Below are positions 62,419-64,000 of a stretch of 64,000 nt of DNA, one piece after another. Each line of letters opens with the position of its first letter. The first letter of the stretch is position 1. The position numbers and the translations under genes were made by a program. The notes beneath the pieces were generated by a model, which saw nothing but the letters and a program-made list of their open reading frames with translations, was not told the origin of the DNA and did no database searches. Origin of the DNA: Felis catus. Taxonomy: Eukaryota. The stretch covers positions 104,410,001 through 104,474,000 of the forward strand of contig NC_058373.1 of NCBI RefSeq assembly GCF_018350175.1, in the 5' to 3' direction.

Positions 62419-62874
62419 CTCATCAAAGGCTTTGCCTTCTAACTTGACAAGCTTCTCTTGTTACCATTACTAATATTTTATTTTTCATCTTCAAATGAAG
62501 TTTATTTGGAGATTGGGGACAGTATTAGAAAGGGAAAAAAACCATCCTTTCTTTGCCCTAAATGTTTAATGATTTATAATAATAGCTTACCTTTATTGAG
62601 CACTTTCTACCTAAGAATTATGCTCTAATGCTCACGGCAGTTCCTTGAGGGTCAGTATTATATTGTACAGATGTGGAAATTGAGACTTGGAGAGGGTAAA
62701 TAATGCAGGATGGTAATAATGTAGTGGGTAAATAATACACATGAAGTAAACGACTGATGGAGATAGAGTGGTGTTGACAAGAGAAAGGATACTATCACTT
62801 TGTAGCACTGTTAAAGCTACAAAATGAGTGTTGAGTTCCAGTTGGAGCACCTCACATTAAAAAGGATTTTTGTA

Positions 62875-63897
62875 TCCCTTAGCATAACACCATCCAGGCT
62901 CAGCATTGTTGCAAATGACAGGATTTCCATATTTTTAAGGCTGTATATGTACATAAAGGGTATAGACATACACAGATGCACACATACCACACGCAATGGA
63001 ATATCATTGCATTGTACTGTAGTATATACACTACATTTTCTTGATCCATTTATCCATTTACTGACACTTAGGTCATTATTATACCTGGGCTACTGTGAAT
63101 AATGCTGCAGTGAGCACAAAAGTTCAGATACCTCTTTGAGATCATGGTTTCCTTTCCTCTGAATATATACCCAGAAGTGAGGTTGCTGGATCATATGGTA
63201 GTTCTATTTTTAATAGCTGAAGAAATCTCCATACTGTTTTCCATGGTGGCTGTACCAGTTTACATTCCCACCAATGGTGTGCAGGTTTGTTTGGCTGTTT
63301 TTTTCTCCACATCGTCGCCAGAATTGTCATCTTTTGTATTTTTGTTAATAGCCATACGAACAGATGTGAGGAGACATCTCATTGTAGTTGTGATTTGCAT
63401 TCCCCTGGTGATTAGTGATGTTGAACACCTTTTTATATGCCTTTTGGTCATTCATTGCATGTCTTCTTTAGAAAAATGTCTATTTGGGTCATTTGCCCAT
63501 TTTTAAAAATTGGATTACTTGGGTTTTTTTTGTTATTGGGTTGTATGAGTTCTTTGTTTAATATTCATTTATTATTAGATATTTGGTTTGCAAATATTTT
63601 CCCCTATTCCCTAAATTGTTTTTTCATTTTATTTGTGGTTTCCTTTGTGTGCAGAAGCCCTTTAGTTTGATATAGTCCCATGTATTTATTTTGCTTTTGG
63701 TGTCACATTAAAAAAGATTATCGCCAAGACCACTGTCAAGGAGCTTAATCACTATGGTTTCTTTTAGGAATTTTGTAGGTTCAGGTTAAATCCACTTTGA
63801 ATTGATTTTTGTGCACGGTGCAAGATGGGGCAAACAGAGAAAGACAAATGCTACATGGTATCACTTATATGTGAAAACTTCAAAGAAAAGTCAAACT
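62875..63897. mobile_element. Older L1 with inversion (minus 62875-63829; plus from about 63830)
   Basis: ORF2-like peptides on the minus strand, then a plus-strand acagagaaagacaaatg...tcacttatatgtg 3' segment. Confidence 0.8.
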
Positions 63898-64000
63898 GGG
63901 GCACCTGGGTGGCTCATTCAGTTAAGCGTCCAACTTTGGCTCTGGTCATGATCTCTCGGTTCATGAGTTTGAGCCCCACATCAGGCTCTGTGCTAACAGC
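63898..64000 (+). mobile_element. Can-SINE cut by the window edge
   Basis: ggggcacctgggtggctcattcagttaagcgtcc head. Confidence 0.9.

Noticed and set aside
27100..64000. A second protein-coding gene (e.g. 3' exons of SLC35F4)
   Set aside because: No ORF or spliced exon chain with recognisable homology; short exons or lncRNAs cannot be excluded by eye.

Overview
Mammalian genomic DNA from a felid (cat family), judged from about 33 tRNA-derived Can-SINEs, many of the young feline SINEC_Fc type, plus carnivore L1s. One protein-coding gene is supported: CCDC198 (C14orf105/FAME) on the minus strand. Coding exons 1-5 lie at 26467-26245, 23839-23757, 10315-10229, 8638-8537 and 7725-7566. All splice sites are GT-AG and all phases are consistent. 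The terminal coding exon was not found and probably lies left of the window. Everything right of about 27 kb looks intergenic and is dominated by SINEs, L1, L2, MIR, MaLR/ERVL LTRs and microsatellites. I found no evidence of a wholly new biological system. The most interesting signals are an L1 insertion that appears to carry a 3' transduction, two cases of a SINE re-inserting into an L1's own target-site duplication (TSD), two twin-priming L1 inversions, several candidate alternative splice events in CCDC198, and HNF1-, TCF- and CTCF-like motifs. Repeat subfamily names and old-repeat boundaries are by eye and approximate.
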